Shown: piece after piece, positions 7,581-17,230 of the stretch
How positions within the stretch are numbered: position 1 is the first letter of the stretch
How the letters are laid out: every line of letters begins with the position of its first letter
NCBI GenBank assembly: GCA_902510965.1
Contig: CABXDM010000002.1
Coordinates: 7,120 to 71,119, forward strand
Source of the DNA: an uncultured Candidatus Actinomarina sp.
Lineage (GTDB): Bacteria > Actinomycetota > Acidimicrobiia > Actinomarinales > Actinomarinaceae
Direction: 5' to 3'
DNA: 64,000 nt
Notes under the pieces: generated by a model
The model's database searches: none
Told to the model about the DNA's origin: nothing
What the model saw: only the letters and a program-made list of their open reading frames with translations
Position numbers and translations under genes: made by a program

Positions 7581-10175
7581 CTATAAAGATTTAGCAGTTT
7601 TTTTATTATGATAATTTGCCCACAAAACAAGTAGCGTAGGGAGAATTAAAATTGATGCAACTAAAGCAAATCCTATAGAAACTAATACAACTTGACCCAT
7701 TTGTTGAAATGGTTTTAGTGTTGAGGTTGTCAGAATTCCGAAACCAGCCATTGTTGTAAATGCTGAACCAAATAATGAACCTCCTGTTGTTTTAAGAGTT
7801 GATGTAATTGCAGATACTGGATTTGAGTCTTTAGTCAAAGCTTCTCTGAATCTATTAGTGACATGTATTACGAACGGAACTCCGATTCCTATTGCTATAC
7901 CTGTTAAAGTTGCTGTTACTGGATTTAGAGGTATTTCTAATAAGCCCATTCCCAAATATGTACCCATGACGATAGCTATAACAGGGAATATCGTAACCAC
8001 ACCTAAAAATGGTCTCCTCATGTCAATCCAATAATATATTATCAAAAATAGCATCGAGGAAAGTATTGCAAAAATTAAGGACTGGAATTGTGAAGCTGAT
8101 ATTAAATCGCTTACACTGTTTGTTACAATACTGTCATTTGTTGCAGCTACGTCAACTCCAAGATCTATAACTTGAGCAAAAGCACTATAAATATCTTCGG
8201 TCAGCTGTCTAGAACCTTCTGAACCAGCTGAAGTTGTAATTTTTATTTGTTGTGCAGTAAATATTTCCTGATCGTTTAGGTAGAGAGAACCACCAAAAGT
8301 TGCTGGGTCCATTGTTAAAAGAGATTTGTAAAGTGACTCAACATCACCAGTAGTCGAAACTTTAAGTGCATTCATTCCTTCCCCAGTCATGAGCTGAACA
8401 CCATATGACATTAATCCTGAAATAAGATCCATGTCAGGTGCTTGAGGGGGTGCACCTGGTGCAACATCTTGGGGTGCTAACATTGCTCCAAGGGATGCCA
8501 CTACAGATTCATTTGCAACATTTTCACCAAAAACTACCACATTGTCAGCAGTAGCTAAATTATTAATTGCGTCAATAATTGCATTATGAATTTCTGGAGT
8601 AGCTAAATCTTCACCTTCAAGTAAAACGGTAGTAGTCTCTCCAAACCCACCACCAAATTCATCAGTCAAGACTGCAAGTGTAGCTACAACTGGATCATCT
8701 TCAGGAAGAAAATCAGTAAAATTAAATACTGTATCTAAATTAGTAAAACTGACATAACCGTAACTGGAGATACCCAAGAGTAAAGCTATGCTAATAAGTT
8801 TTAATTTTCTAGGAATAATAGAGCTTGCGCCGGCAACTTTATTAAGGACACTTTCACCAGATGAGGAGAAAGCTTCCCTGTTTATAGAATCTTTTTTCTC
8901 AGCCTTTTTGTCTAATAAAGACCTGATTGCAGGAACAAAGGTCATGACTAGTAGTAAGGCAAATAAAATTCCAAACGAAACAGTTATTCCAAAATCTTTA
9001 AATTCAGGTAATGGTGATACAACATTTGAAAGGAAACCAACAATTGTAGCTAAGGTAGCAAGCGTCAAGGCTATGCCAACAGAACTTAAAGTATTCTTTG
9101 TAGAGTCTTTTACAGATAAACCCTCTCCCAGTTCTTCTCGATATCTTCCTGTAAAGTGAATTGCATAATCAACTCCTAAACCAATTAAAAGAATCGGTGC
9201 TATTTGTGAAATCTGATTCGGAGCTCCAATGATATTAAGGAATCCGGGACCTAAAAGTGTTCCAATCCCCTGCATCCATAAAATTGAGAGAAGTATAGTT
9301 CCAAGGCTTAATAGCAAATCACTTAAAGTTCTTCTGGATGATTTAAAAAAGCCATAACCTTTCCTTGGTCTAATAAAAAATATGTATGCTAAAACACCGA
9401 GGATGATTAAGAAAGCCTTACCAAATAAAATACCAATTTCAGTTAAGAAGTCTCCTCCATCATTACCCAGTAAAAGCCCAAAAGAGAATCCACTTACTTC
9501 AATATTTTCAAAATTACTACTTATTAAACCCAGCTCTTCGCTTAGTTGAACTTCCATACGTGGTTGCTCGATAAATGCTCCATCACTACCTCCATAGTTT
9601 TGTGCAATTTTAGCCGAATCAATTGTGATTATGGCAAGGCCGGCTGTGGAACTTACTTTATCTGCATCATAGTTTTCAGAAAGTAATGCAGATGCAAAAG
9701 CTTGAAATTCTGGAGGCATTTGCGCTGAAGCTGCTTTATAAGCTTGTTTGAATTGTTCATCATTTATTTGATCAATGTTAAACATAGGATTAAAAGCTCT
9801 AGCAAAATCAATAGGTCCAAAAAATCCTTGTAATGCCCCTTGGCCTGGTTGACTAACTAGATACTCAGAAATTTCACTTGTTGCGACAACTTGTTGAATT
9901 TCAAGCCAAGCTTTGTATCCATCTACAGTTAATACATCATCACCAGTAATTATTATTTGAAAAACGCTTTGACCACCTGAGGAAGCAAAGTAATCACCTA
10001 ATTTTGATTGTGCTTGAATTTCTGGTGTGTCTAGTTCTCCACCAAAACTTGTACTGAGTTCTTCCGCTTGAGTAGACATGTATCCAAAAAAACCTGTCAG
10101 TAAAAGTACGACCAAAATAGTTACTACTGGTCTCTTAGTAGCGGCCGAACCAAAAAAGTTTGTAAGCAACTTCAT
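7581..10175 (-). CDS. MMPL/RND family transporter
   Basis: Two repeats of TM1, large loop and 5 TM; GLGVDYAIH, ATIVGF, TTMAGF motifs; GGAG SD upstream. Confidence 0.9.
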   Translation of the reverse strand: MKLLTNFFGSAATKRPVVTILVVLLLTGFFGYMSTQAEELSTSFGGELDTPEIQAQSKLGDYFASSGGQSVFQIIITGDDVLTVDGYKAWLEIQQVVATSEISEYLVSQPGQGALQGFFGPIDFARAFNPMFNIDQINDEQFKQAYKAASAQMPPEFQAFASALLSENYDADKVSSTAGLAIITIDSAKIAQNYGGSDGAFIEQPRMEVQLSEELGLISSNFENIEVSGFSFGLLLGNDGGDFLTEIGILFGKAFLIILGVLAYIFFIRPRKGYGFFKSSRRTLSDLLLSLGTILLSILWMQGIGTLLGPGFLNIIGAPNQISQIAPILLIGLGVDYAIHFTGRYREELGEGLSVKDSTKNTLSSVGIALTLATLATIVGFLSNVVSPLPEFKDFGITVSFGILFALLLVMTFVPAIRSLLDKKAEKKDSINREAFSSSGESVLNKVAGASSIIPRKLKLISIALLLGISSYGYVSFTNLDTVFNFTDFLPEDDPVVATLAVLTDEFGGGFGETTTVLLEGEDLATPEIHNAIIDAINNLATADNVVVFGENVANESVVASLGAMLAPQDVAPGAPPQAPDMDLISGLMSYGVQLMTGEGMNALKVSTTGDVESLYKSLLTMDPATFGGSLYLNDQEIFTAQQIKITTSAGSEGSRQLTEDIYSAFAQVIDLGVDVAATNDSIVTNSVSDLISASQFQSLIFAILSSMLFLIIYYWIDMRRPFLGVVTIFPVIAIVMGTYLGMGLLEIPLNPVTATLTGIAIGIGVPFVIHVTNRFREALTKDSNPVSAITSTLKTTGGSLFGSAFTTMAGFGILTTSTLKPFQQMGQVVLVSIGFALVASILILPTLLVLWANYHNKKTAKSL

Positions 10176-10314
10176 TAAATTTTCTCCATTTTTTAAACTT
10201 TTTTTATACTAATAATTCTCTTGTTTAATCAGTACCCTAGGATAAAAAAATCCCCATTCGATACAAAGGTAATCTCTTGAAACCATAGTTTCTATTTACT
10301 GTAAAATTAATTCT

Positions 10315-11463
10315 ATGAAAAAATACTTCTGGTTTGTTTTATTAGCTGCAATATCCCTTCCATCTGTTGCAAATGCTCACGAAGAAATAAATAGAGAGCC
10401 AAAGAATCGTATTGATAATTATCAGACAATGACTATTTCTCAATCTGGGAGTTTGTTTTACAGCGTAACGAATGAAATTATTGAAGGTGTTAATAATCTC
10501 AACTCTAATTTAACTTTTATAGGTAGAGCAAATGTTGGTTTAGAAAAGATTATTGATAATTCAGGTAATGAGAAAATTGCAACTAAAGAAGACTACCTTT
10601 TTAGCATCTCAGTCAAAACAGTTGAAAAAGATTTTGTAAATTATATATATCCAAATGAAATTGCGACCAAAATTGTTTCAGATTTAATAATCATATCTGA
10701 ACTCACTGCGAATCTTTATTCTATTGAAATTGGGGACATAGTTCACTTAGTAGGTCTCAATGGTGAACCTTTAGAAATAGTTGTTGGAGATATTGTTCCA
10801 GATTCAAAATTGGGATGGTTTGAGGCTGTAGTTAGTAAAGAAACAGGTTTTAAGCTTGGTATTTTTAGAAATATCCAAGCAATAATATGGGATAATAAAA
10901 TTACTGAAAATCATCTAATTGAAATTTATCGGAATATAAAATATAAAAAAATAAGAGTCTCTGATAAAAACTCTAAGCCCAACAAAAATTGGGTACTCCC
11001 AAATGCACTAGTCAAAGAAATGTTTGGAGATTTCCAAATTAAAGAAAGAGACGGTACCTGGATTATTACTGAACCAAAGTGGAGAGAAGAAAATATTGAA
11101 ACAATTAAAATGCCGATTATTGGTAGAACTACATGTCATAGGTTAATGTGGGAACCACTCAGAGGGGCATTAAACCAGGTCGAAGAAGAAGGTTTGGCAA
11201 ATACACTTTACCTAGATGAGTTTAAAACTTCGGGTGGATGTTACGCTCCTAGGAGAATTTCACGCTTTGATGCTGGAGGTTCTTTATCAAGACATGCATG
11301 GGGCATAGCAATAGATATAAATACAAAATCTGGATATGTTCCACGAGTGGTTGAGATCTTTAATTCCTGGGGCTTCGCTTGGGGTGGTACTTGGACATCA
11401 CCAGATGAAATGCATTTTGAACTTAGGGACTTATCAGCCAGTATTTCGAAGACCAGCGGCTAA
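10315..11463 (+). CDS. Secreted M15-family (D-Ala-D-Ala carboxypeptidase-like) metallopeptidase with N-terminal extension
   Basis: Signal peptide ending ANA; C-terminal SRHAWGIAIDIN and WGGTW..PDEMHFE zinc-binding motifs. Confidence 0.85.
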   Translation: MKKYFWFVLLAAISLPSVANAHEEINREPKNRIDNYQTMTISQSGSLFYSVTNEIIEGVNNLNSNLTFIGRANVGLEKIIDNSGNEKIATKEDYLFSISVKTVEKDFVNYIYPNEIATKIVSDLIIISELTANLYSIEIGDIVHLVGLNGEPLEIVVGDIVPDSKLGWFEAVVSKETGFKLGIFRNIQAIIWDNKITENHLIEIYRNIKYKKIRVSDKNSKPNKNWVLPNALVKEMFGDFQIKERDGTWIITEPKWREENIETIKMPIIGRTTCHRLMWEPLRGALNQVEEEGLANTLYLDEFKTSGGCYAPRRISRFDAGGSLSRHAWGIAIDINTKSGYVPRVVEIFNSWGFAWGGTWTSPDEMHFELRDLSASISKTSG

Positions 11464-13884
11464 TCCATTTATTGATAAAAGCAGAGATGTTTTTTCTTCT
11501 TCGGTTATTTCTTTATCTGAAAGCTTCTTCATTAAAAGTATCTGTATCAATGAAAGAGGATCTAAATAAGCATTTCTAATTTTTAGTGTATTTTTTAAAA
11601 TTGGATTATCTTCCAATAGCTCAACATTGTTGGTAACAAGTTTTATAGCCTTATTGACTTTCTTCAATTCTTTAGTTATTTCATCAAACAAATACTTGTA
11701 CTCTTCATCTAAAAGTTCCTCAACATACATTTTTGATATCAACAAATCTGACTTCACAACTGTCATTTCAATATTGCTTATAAGGTTTTGTAAAAATGAT
11801 GACTTCCTGTAAGCGGATTGAATTTTTCTGATACCATTTTTTTCAATAATATCTAATAAGGCTGTTCCCGCTCCATACCAACCCGTAATAGTATGTCTGG
11901 TCTGTGCCCAACCAAAAACCCACGGAATCGCCCTATAGCTGTCTATTGTGCTCTCAGAGGTTCTTTTAGAGGGCCTAGAGCCTATATTTAAAGTCGATAG
12001 AAGATTTACTGGTGTAACTTTTTCAAAATAAATCATTAAATTATCATCTGTGATTAATTCTTGATATTTTTTAAATGATACTTTCGATAATTCCTCAATC
12101 AATAAATATTCATCTTTATTATTTTTAAAAGTGGTAGAACTAGCCGAGAGAAAAGCGTCTAAACCTAATTTTAAGTTCTCTTTTGCTAGATTACCTGTTG
12201 AGTACTTATCAGAAATAACCTCACCTTGCTCTGTGTAGCGTATTTGATTAGATATTGTTCCTCTGGGTTGAGAAAGTATAGAGTTATATGTAGGTCCACC
12301 ACCACGACTAATGGTCCCCCCTCTGCCATGAAAGAAAACTATATTACAATTATGATCTTTTCCTTTTTTAAATAGTGCAATCTGTGCTTTATAAACATTC
12401 CACTGGGAAGATATAATTCCACCATCTTTATTGGAATCTGAGTATCCAAGCATTATTTCCTGAGTAGAGTCTTGATATTTTATAATGTGAGTTTTATAAG
12501 CTTTATTTGACAACAGGTTGTTAAGAAAATAATCTGAGTTTTGTAAATCATCAATCTCTTCAAGTAACGGTACAATCATAGGAATATCTTTTTGAGAAGT
12601 TATATATTTCTTGCAAAGTTTATATAAATTTAATATGTCTGATTCATTTTTTGTCATAGAAACTATAAGTGAATTTATAACATTGCTTCCATAAATAGCT
12701 TTCCAATCTGAAATACAAGCCAAAACTTTTATAAACTCTCCATATTGTTGTTTGTTTGATTGTGGGTTATTTATTACTTTAGAATTTTCTCTTATATCTA
12801 GAGTGACACCATGAAATTGAAAAGATTCTACATATTTAAGGAATTCAGAAAAGCCATGTATCGAATCATTTAATTTTAGAGTTTGCTTAAGTGACTCGTT
12901 GACAAGTTCCATATCCTTATGAAACTCTTTATAAGTTTTATATCCTATATTATTTTTTTGAAAATTTTCTAAACGATGGAAAACTAAGGAAAGAAAAATC
13001 CTAAAAGGCTCATCAAAATTGACTTTTGCATAATGGTTATATTCTTTTTTAAGAATTTTTCTATATTCTTGAATTTTATTTTCTAACTTTTTTGGAGTAG
13101 TTAAGTAACTTGTTGAAAAGCTAAACTCTTCAGAGAATTCTTTTATCTTATCCATGTAAATATTAATTATTTGTTTTGAATATATTTTTAAAGACTGATC
13201 TGTAATTTTTTTAGTTACAAACGGATTTCCATCTCTATCACCACCGACCCAGGAACCGAGAGTAAGAATAGGCTCTGTTTGTATAGTTTTACTTTGCATT
13301 TCTTTTTCAATATCAAGAAACACATCTTTATAAATTATGTCTAAATAATACAAGAGTGACTTAACTTCATCTAGAGGATTTGGCTTTTTTGATCTTATCT
13401 CTCTTGTGTACCAAAGTTCTGTAATAATGGTATTGATTTCTGGAAGTGAATCAATGTCATTTTTGCTAACAATTTCACCAATTTTATATATCTTGTTCAA
13501 AGTCGACTGTCTTGCACTTTCAGTAGGGTGTGCTGTAAATACTGGCGAAAATTTGTACCCGTTATTACCCTTTTGTACTATTTTTTCTTTTTTTATACCA
13601 GTAAAAGCTTCTCTAAAAACTTGTTCAGAAATATTAGCTAAATAGAAAAAGAGTGTGAATGCTTTAGCAACAATTAGTATTTCCTTGGAGTTCAATTTAC
13701 TTAATTCGCTGAATGCTTCTTCTAAATATTTTGGATTGTTAGTAGCTCTATACTTTTTTGAATTTAATCTTATATCTTCTACGATGTTGAAATATTTTTC
13801 TCCAGCTTGTTTCTTTATTACTTGTCCAAGTTCACTGGCTAATAAGTTAATAGTTTTTGATAAGGTAGAGAAGTCGTTAGAAAT
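11434..13884 (-). CDS. ppc: Phosphoenolpyruvate carboxylase (bacterial type), probable ATT start at 13884
   Basis: FTAHPTE, WVGGDRDGNP, MLGYSDSNKDGG, FHGRGGTISRGGGP, RAIPW, C-terminal RNTG; PEPC-like N-terminal helix continues in frame upstream of 13695. Confidence 0.95.
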   Translation of the reverse strand: MSNDFSTLSKTINLLASELGQVIKKQAGEKYFNIVEDIRLNSKKYRATNNPKYLEEAFSELSKLNSKEILIVAKAFTLFFYLANISEQVFREAFTGIKKEKIVQKGNNGYKFSPVFTAHPTESARQSTLNKIYKIGEIVSKNDIDSLPEINTIITELWYTREIRSKKPNPLDEVKSLLYYLDIIYKDVFLDIEKEMQSKTIQTEPILTLGSWVGGDRDGNPFVTKKITDQSLKIYSKQIINIYMDKIKEFSEEFSFSTSYLTTPKKLENKIQEYRKILKKEYNHYAKVNFDEPFRIFLSLVFHRLENFQKNNIGYKTYKEFHKDMELVNESLKQTLKLNDSIHGFSEFLKYVESFQFHGVTLDIRENSKVINNPQSNKQQYGEFIKVLACISDWKAIYGSNVINSLIVSMTKNESDILNLYKLCKKYITSQKDIPMIVPLLEEIDDLQNSDYFLNNLLSNKAYKTHIIKYQDSTQEIMLGYSDSNKDGGIISSQWNVYKAQIALFKKGKDHNCNIVFFHGRGGTISRGGGPTYNSILSQPRGTISNQIRYTEQGEVISDKYSTGNLAKENLKLGLDAFLSASSTTFKNNKDEYLLIEELSKVSFKKYQELITDDNLMIYFEKVTPVNLLSTLNIGSRPSKRTSESTIDSYRAIPWVFGWAQTRHTITGWYGAGTALLDIIEKNGIRKIQSAYRKSSFLQNLISNIEMTVVKSDLLISKMYVEELLDEEYKYLFDEITKELKKVNKAIKLVTNNVELLEDNPILKNTLKIRNAYLDPLSLIQILLMKKLSDKEITEEEKTSLLLSINGLAAGLRNTG

Positions 13885-13886
13885 AG

Positions 13887-15149
13887 CTATATCCTCTCAG
13901 CATTCTTAAAGTGGTCACTACCAGTTGCATCGAATATAGGAACTGAAACTTTACTAAAGTCAAAGTTTTCAAAATCAGTATGCGCCGTGTGAACTAAAAC
14001 TAAATCATATTTATCAATGTTGTCAAAACTATCTTCTTTTTCAACATATTTTTTATTTACTAAAATGCTATCAACAAATGGGTCATAGTACTTAACATTG
14101 ACTCCCCGTTCGAAAAGGTTTTCAATAATTCCAATAGCTGGTGACTCTCTGACATCTCCAATGTCTTTTTTGTAAGCTACTCCAAGAATCAAGATTTTTG
14201 AGTTTTTAAATGGCTTTTCTAAAAGATTCATCTTTTCTAAAAGTCTACTGACAACATAACTTGGCATGGAATTATTAATTTCTTGGGCGAGTTCAACAAA
14301 CCTTACCGGTTTTCCTATTTGTCTCGTTTTAAAAGATAGGTAATTAGGGTCTACTGGAATGCAATGCCCACCAACACCTGGCCCAGGCCTAAAGGATTCA
14401 AATCCAAATGGTTTAGTTTTTGCAGCATTTACAACCTCCCATATATCTATTTCGAGCATATTACATAAGATTGCTAGCTCATTTATTAATGCAATATTTA
14501 CATGTCTATAAGTATTTTCTAAGAGTTTCACCATCTCAGCTTCTTTTGTACCACTGACTCTTACTACCGAATCTATAATTTGTTCGTAGAAATTCTCAAT
14601 TTTTGAAAGTGACTCATCGTTAATTCCGCTTATAACCTTTGGTGTGTTTTTAAAATTCCATGTATCGTTTCCTGGATCAATTCTCTCTGGAGAATAGCCC
14701 ACAAAAAAATCAACCCCTGCTTTAAGATTTGAGATTTCTTCAATAACAGGTATCAAAACCTCTACAGTTGTTCCGGGATATGTCGTTGACTCAAGAATTA
14801 TAATCTGATTTTTAGTAATATTATTAGCAATAGTTTCAGCTGCAGCCTTTACATAACTAAGATCTGGTTGATAATCAGTCAACGGTGTTGGTACGCTTAT
14901 AACTATAGTTTCTGACTCAGATAAATATTTAGGGTCAGATGATAAGAAAAGACCTTTCTCTAAGGATGCTTTAAGTTCTTTATCTGAGATATCTTCTATA
15001 GTTGATTTTCCTAAATTGTAATTAGAAATTTTATTTTCATCTATATCGTAACCGTAAACTTTCAAGTTTGAACTTGTAGCTTGTATAGCTAAAGGTAAGC
15101 CTACGTAACCAAGCCCTATTACCGCTACATCGTATTTAAAATTACTCAT
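13887..15149 (-). CDS. UDP-N-acetylhexosamine 6-dehydrogenase (WbpA/WecC/TviB family)
   Basis: GLGYVGLP, ESTTYPGT, SPERIDPG, KLLENTYR, GPGVGGHCIPVDP, DVRESP. Confidence 0.92.
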   Translation of the reverse strand: MSNFKYDVAVIGLGYVGLPLAIQATSSNLKVYGYDIDENKISNYNLGKSTIEDISDKELKASLEKGLFLSSDPKYLSESETIVISVPTPLTDYQPDLSYVKAAAETIANNITKNQIIILESTTYPGTTVEVLIPVIEEISNLKAGVDFFVGYSPERIDPGNDTWNFKNTPKVISGINDESLSKIENFYEQIIDSVVRVSGTKEAEMVKLLENTYRHVNIALINELAILCNMLEIDIWEVVNAAKTKPFGFESFRPGPGVGGHCIPVDPNYLSFKTRQIGKPVRFVELAQEINNSMPSYVVSRLLEKMNLLEKPFKNSKILILGVAYKKDIGDVRESPAIGIIENLFERGVNVKYYDPFVDSILVNKKYVEKEDSFDNIDKYDLVLVHTAHTDFENFDFSKVSVPIFDATGSDHFKNAERI

Positions 15150-15155
15150 ATACCT

Positions 15156-16235
15156 CTAATACAAAACATCATAAATTCTTGATGATGTAAGACCATCCCA
15201 ATTTTTAATATTAATTTCATTTGGTAGTTTACTGCCTAATGAACCCTTTATTTCATTAATTATTACTTCTGTATTTATACCGATAACTTTATTTGTTCCT
15301 TCAAATACAGTAATTGGTCGCTCTGTTTCCTCTCTTAAAGTTAAACATCTTATATTAAGATACGTTGTCTCTTCTTGGAGGCCTCCAGAGTCGGTTAATA
15401 CTAATTTTGCGCCTGAAACTAAACCTAAGAATTTAATGTAAGGCAGTGGATCGATAAAAATAAAATTTTCGAATTGTAAGTCATTTTTTTCAATAAATTG
15501 AGATAGCCTAGGATGGGCTGGTATTAATATTTTATAATCTTTCTTAAATGAATCTAATGCAGTAAAGATGCCACTTAATGCTTCATTAGATAGATTTGAA
15601 GGCCTGTGGATAGTCATTACGAAGTATGGTTCATTGATACCTAATTCATCAATAACGGTATTTTTTGAATTTTGAATTTTATCCAAGTTAGCCTTAAGGG
15701 TGTCAATCATTATGTTTCCAACATTAAATATTTTATCTTTTCCAATATTTTCATCAAGTAGATTTTTAACAGCATCATCAGATGGTGTAAATAAGTAGTC
15801 ACTTATTGTGTCAACAGCTAGCCTATTTCTTTCTTCGGGCATATTCAGATTTCTGGATCTTAGACCTGACTCAACATGAAATAGTTCTAAATCTCTATTT
15901 TTAGTAACTAAAGCGGCTGCAAGAGTTGAAGTTACGTCACCAAAAACCCCTACCCTTGGTACATTACATTTACTTAATGTAGTATCTAGGCTCTTAATCA
16001 TATAGCTCAATTGATGATTCATTCCATCAAGGGGGGTTTCTAGGTTTATATCAGGTTCCCTTAATTCAAGATCTGTAAATATGTTTCCTGAAAGATTCTT
16101 ATCCCAATGTTGGCCTGTATGAATAAATAAGACCTCTAAATTCTTACTTTCAAAATATTTCACTAAAGGAGCAGCTTTTATAAAATTTGGTCTCGTACCG
16201 ACAACTAAAGCTACATCATAACTATTTTTAACCAC
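15156..16235 (-). CDS. wecB: UDP-N-acetylglucosamine 2-epimerase (non-hydrolysing)
   Basis: GTRPNFIK, HTGQH, GDVTST, HVESGLRS, PEE.NR, TDSGGLQEE, TERP. Confidence 0.93.
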   Translation of the reverse strand: MVKNSYDVALVVGTRPNFIKAAPLVKYFESKNLEVLFIHTGQHWDKNLSGNIFTDLELREPDINLETPLDGMNHQLSYMIKSLDTTLSKCNVPRVGVFGDVTSTLAAALVTKNRDLELFHVESGLRSRNLNMPEERNRLAVDTISDYLFTPSDDAVKNLLDENIGKDKIFNVGNIMIDTLKANLDKIQNSKNTVIDELGINEPYFVMTIHRPSNLSNEALSGIFTALDSFKKDYKILIPAHPRLSQFIEKNDLQFENFIFIDPLPYIKFLGLVSGAKLVLTDSGGLQEETTYLNIRCLTLREETERPITVFEGTNKVIGINTEVIINEIKGSLGSKLPNEINIKNWDGLTSSRIYDVLY

Positions 16236-16288
16236 ATAATGATTTTAGTCATACAATTAGTTGTTAATAAGGAACTATTATTGAATTA

Positions 16289-17230
16289 ATGGATAAGAGT
16301 ATTGTACTTAACATATGTGGTGTAAAATCGCTTGGTGGACAAGTTATAGTTAAATCTGCTTTAAAATTTATTGAAAAGTCAAACTACAAAATAATTCTTT
16401 TACACGATAATTATTTATTAGATAATTTAGATATAAATTCTACTGTGCAAAAAATAGAAACAAGTTTAAATAGATATTTTCACCCCTATCTCAATATTTT
16501 CTTAAGTAAAAAAGATATGAATATGATTAACGAATCAGAGGCAATAATCCATTTTGGCAATTTTGGCTTTAAAACTAAAAATAAATCATACGCTCTCATC
16601 CAGAACTTACTTCCACTAAAAGTTAAGGACCTGAAGAATCTAATTTTAAGATACTTTATAAATAAATCATTTAAAGAAAGTGATCATATAATTTACCAAC
16701 TTGACCATGTTGCTGAAGAAATACAAAATCAATTCAGTAATAAATTAATAAAAATTGGTGTGATTGAAAAGTTTGAAAATGATATAAATTCTGAAACTGG
16801 AGTATTAAGCATACAGAGCCAAATTAAAAATAAAAATTCTAGCTTTATGGATGCTGTACTAAAGAAACTGAAGGTTGATAATCCTAATCTGAAAATAACA
16901 AAGTTTATATCAGAAGAAAGTCAAAAAGGATCAGAAAATAAATCAACTTTATTACTTGAAGAATTTCCCAGTCACAGTATCTATTTACATACAAGTCATT
17001 ATGAAACTGTTGGATTACCTTTATATGAAGCAAGTTCTGCTGGACTGTTTGTGGTGGCTCCTGATTCTGCATATATGGAGCATTTTGATATTTCTAATTC
17101 AATTAAATACATACCAGGAGATATTGAATCTGCCGCTACATGTATTAAAGATGCATTAGATGTTAAAAAAGAACCCTTTTACAGTTTAGAATATACAGAA
17201 GACTGGAATCCTGTTCTAAAAAGTATCTAG
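16289..17230 (+). CDS. Divergent GT-B (family 4-like) glycosyltransferase
   Basis: C-terminal S.YETVGLPLYEA motif; cluster context. Confidence 0.65.
   Translation: MDKSIVLNICGVKSLGGQVIVKSALKFIEKSNYKIILLHDNYLLDNLDINSTVQKIETSLNRYFHPYLNIFLSKKDMNMINESEAIIHFGNFGFKTKNKSYALIQNLLPLKVKDLKNLILRYFINKSFKESDHIIYQLDHVAEEIQNQFSNKLIKIGVIEKFENDINSETGVLSIQSQIKNKNSSFMDAVLKKLKVDNPNLKITKFISEESQKGSENKSTLLLEEFPSHSIYLHTSHYETVGLPLYEASSAGLFVVAPDSAYMEHFDISNSIKYIPGDIESAATCIKDALDVKKEPFYSLEYTEDWNPVLKSI

Noticed and set aside
10176..10314. Riboswitch or sRNA in the longest intergenic region
   Set aside because: Only a weak GGAT/ATCC stem and A/T runs; adequately explained by two divergent promoters and an SD.
13655..13909. 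84-aa plus-strand ORF apparently filling the gap before ppc
   Set aside because: The gap is the true N-terminal coding region of ppc on the minus strand.
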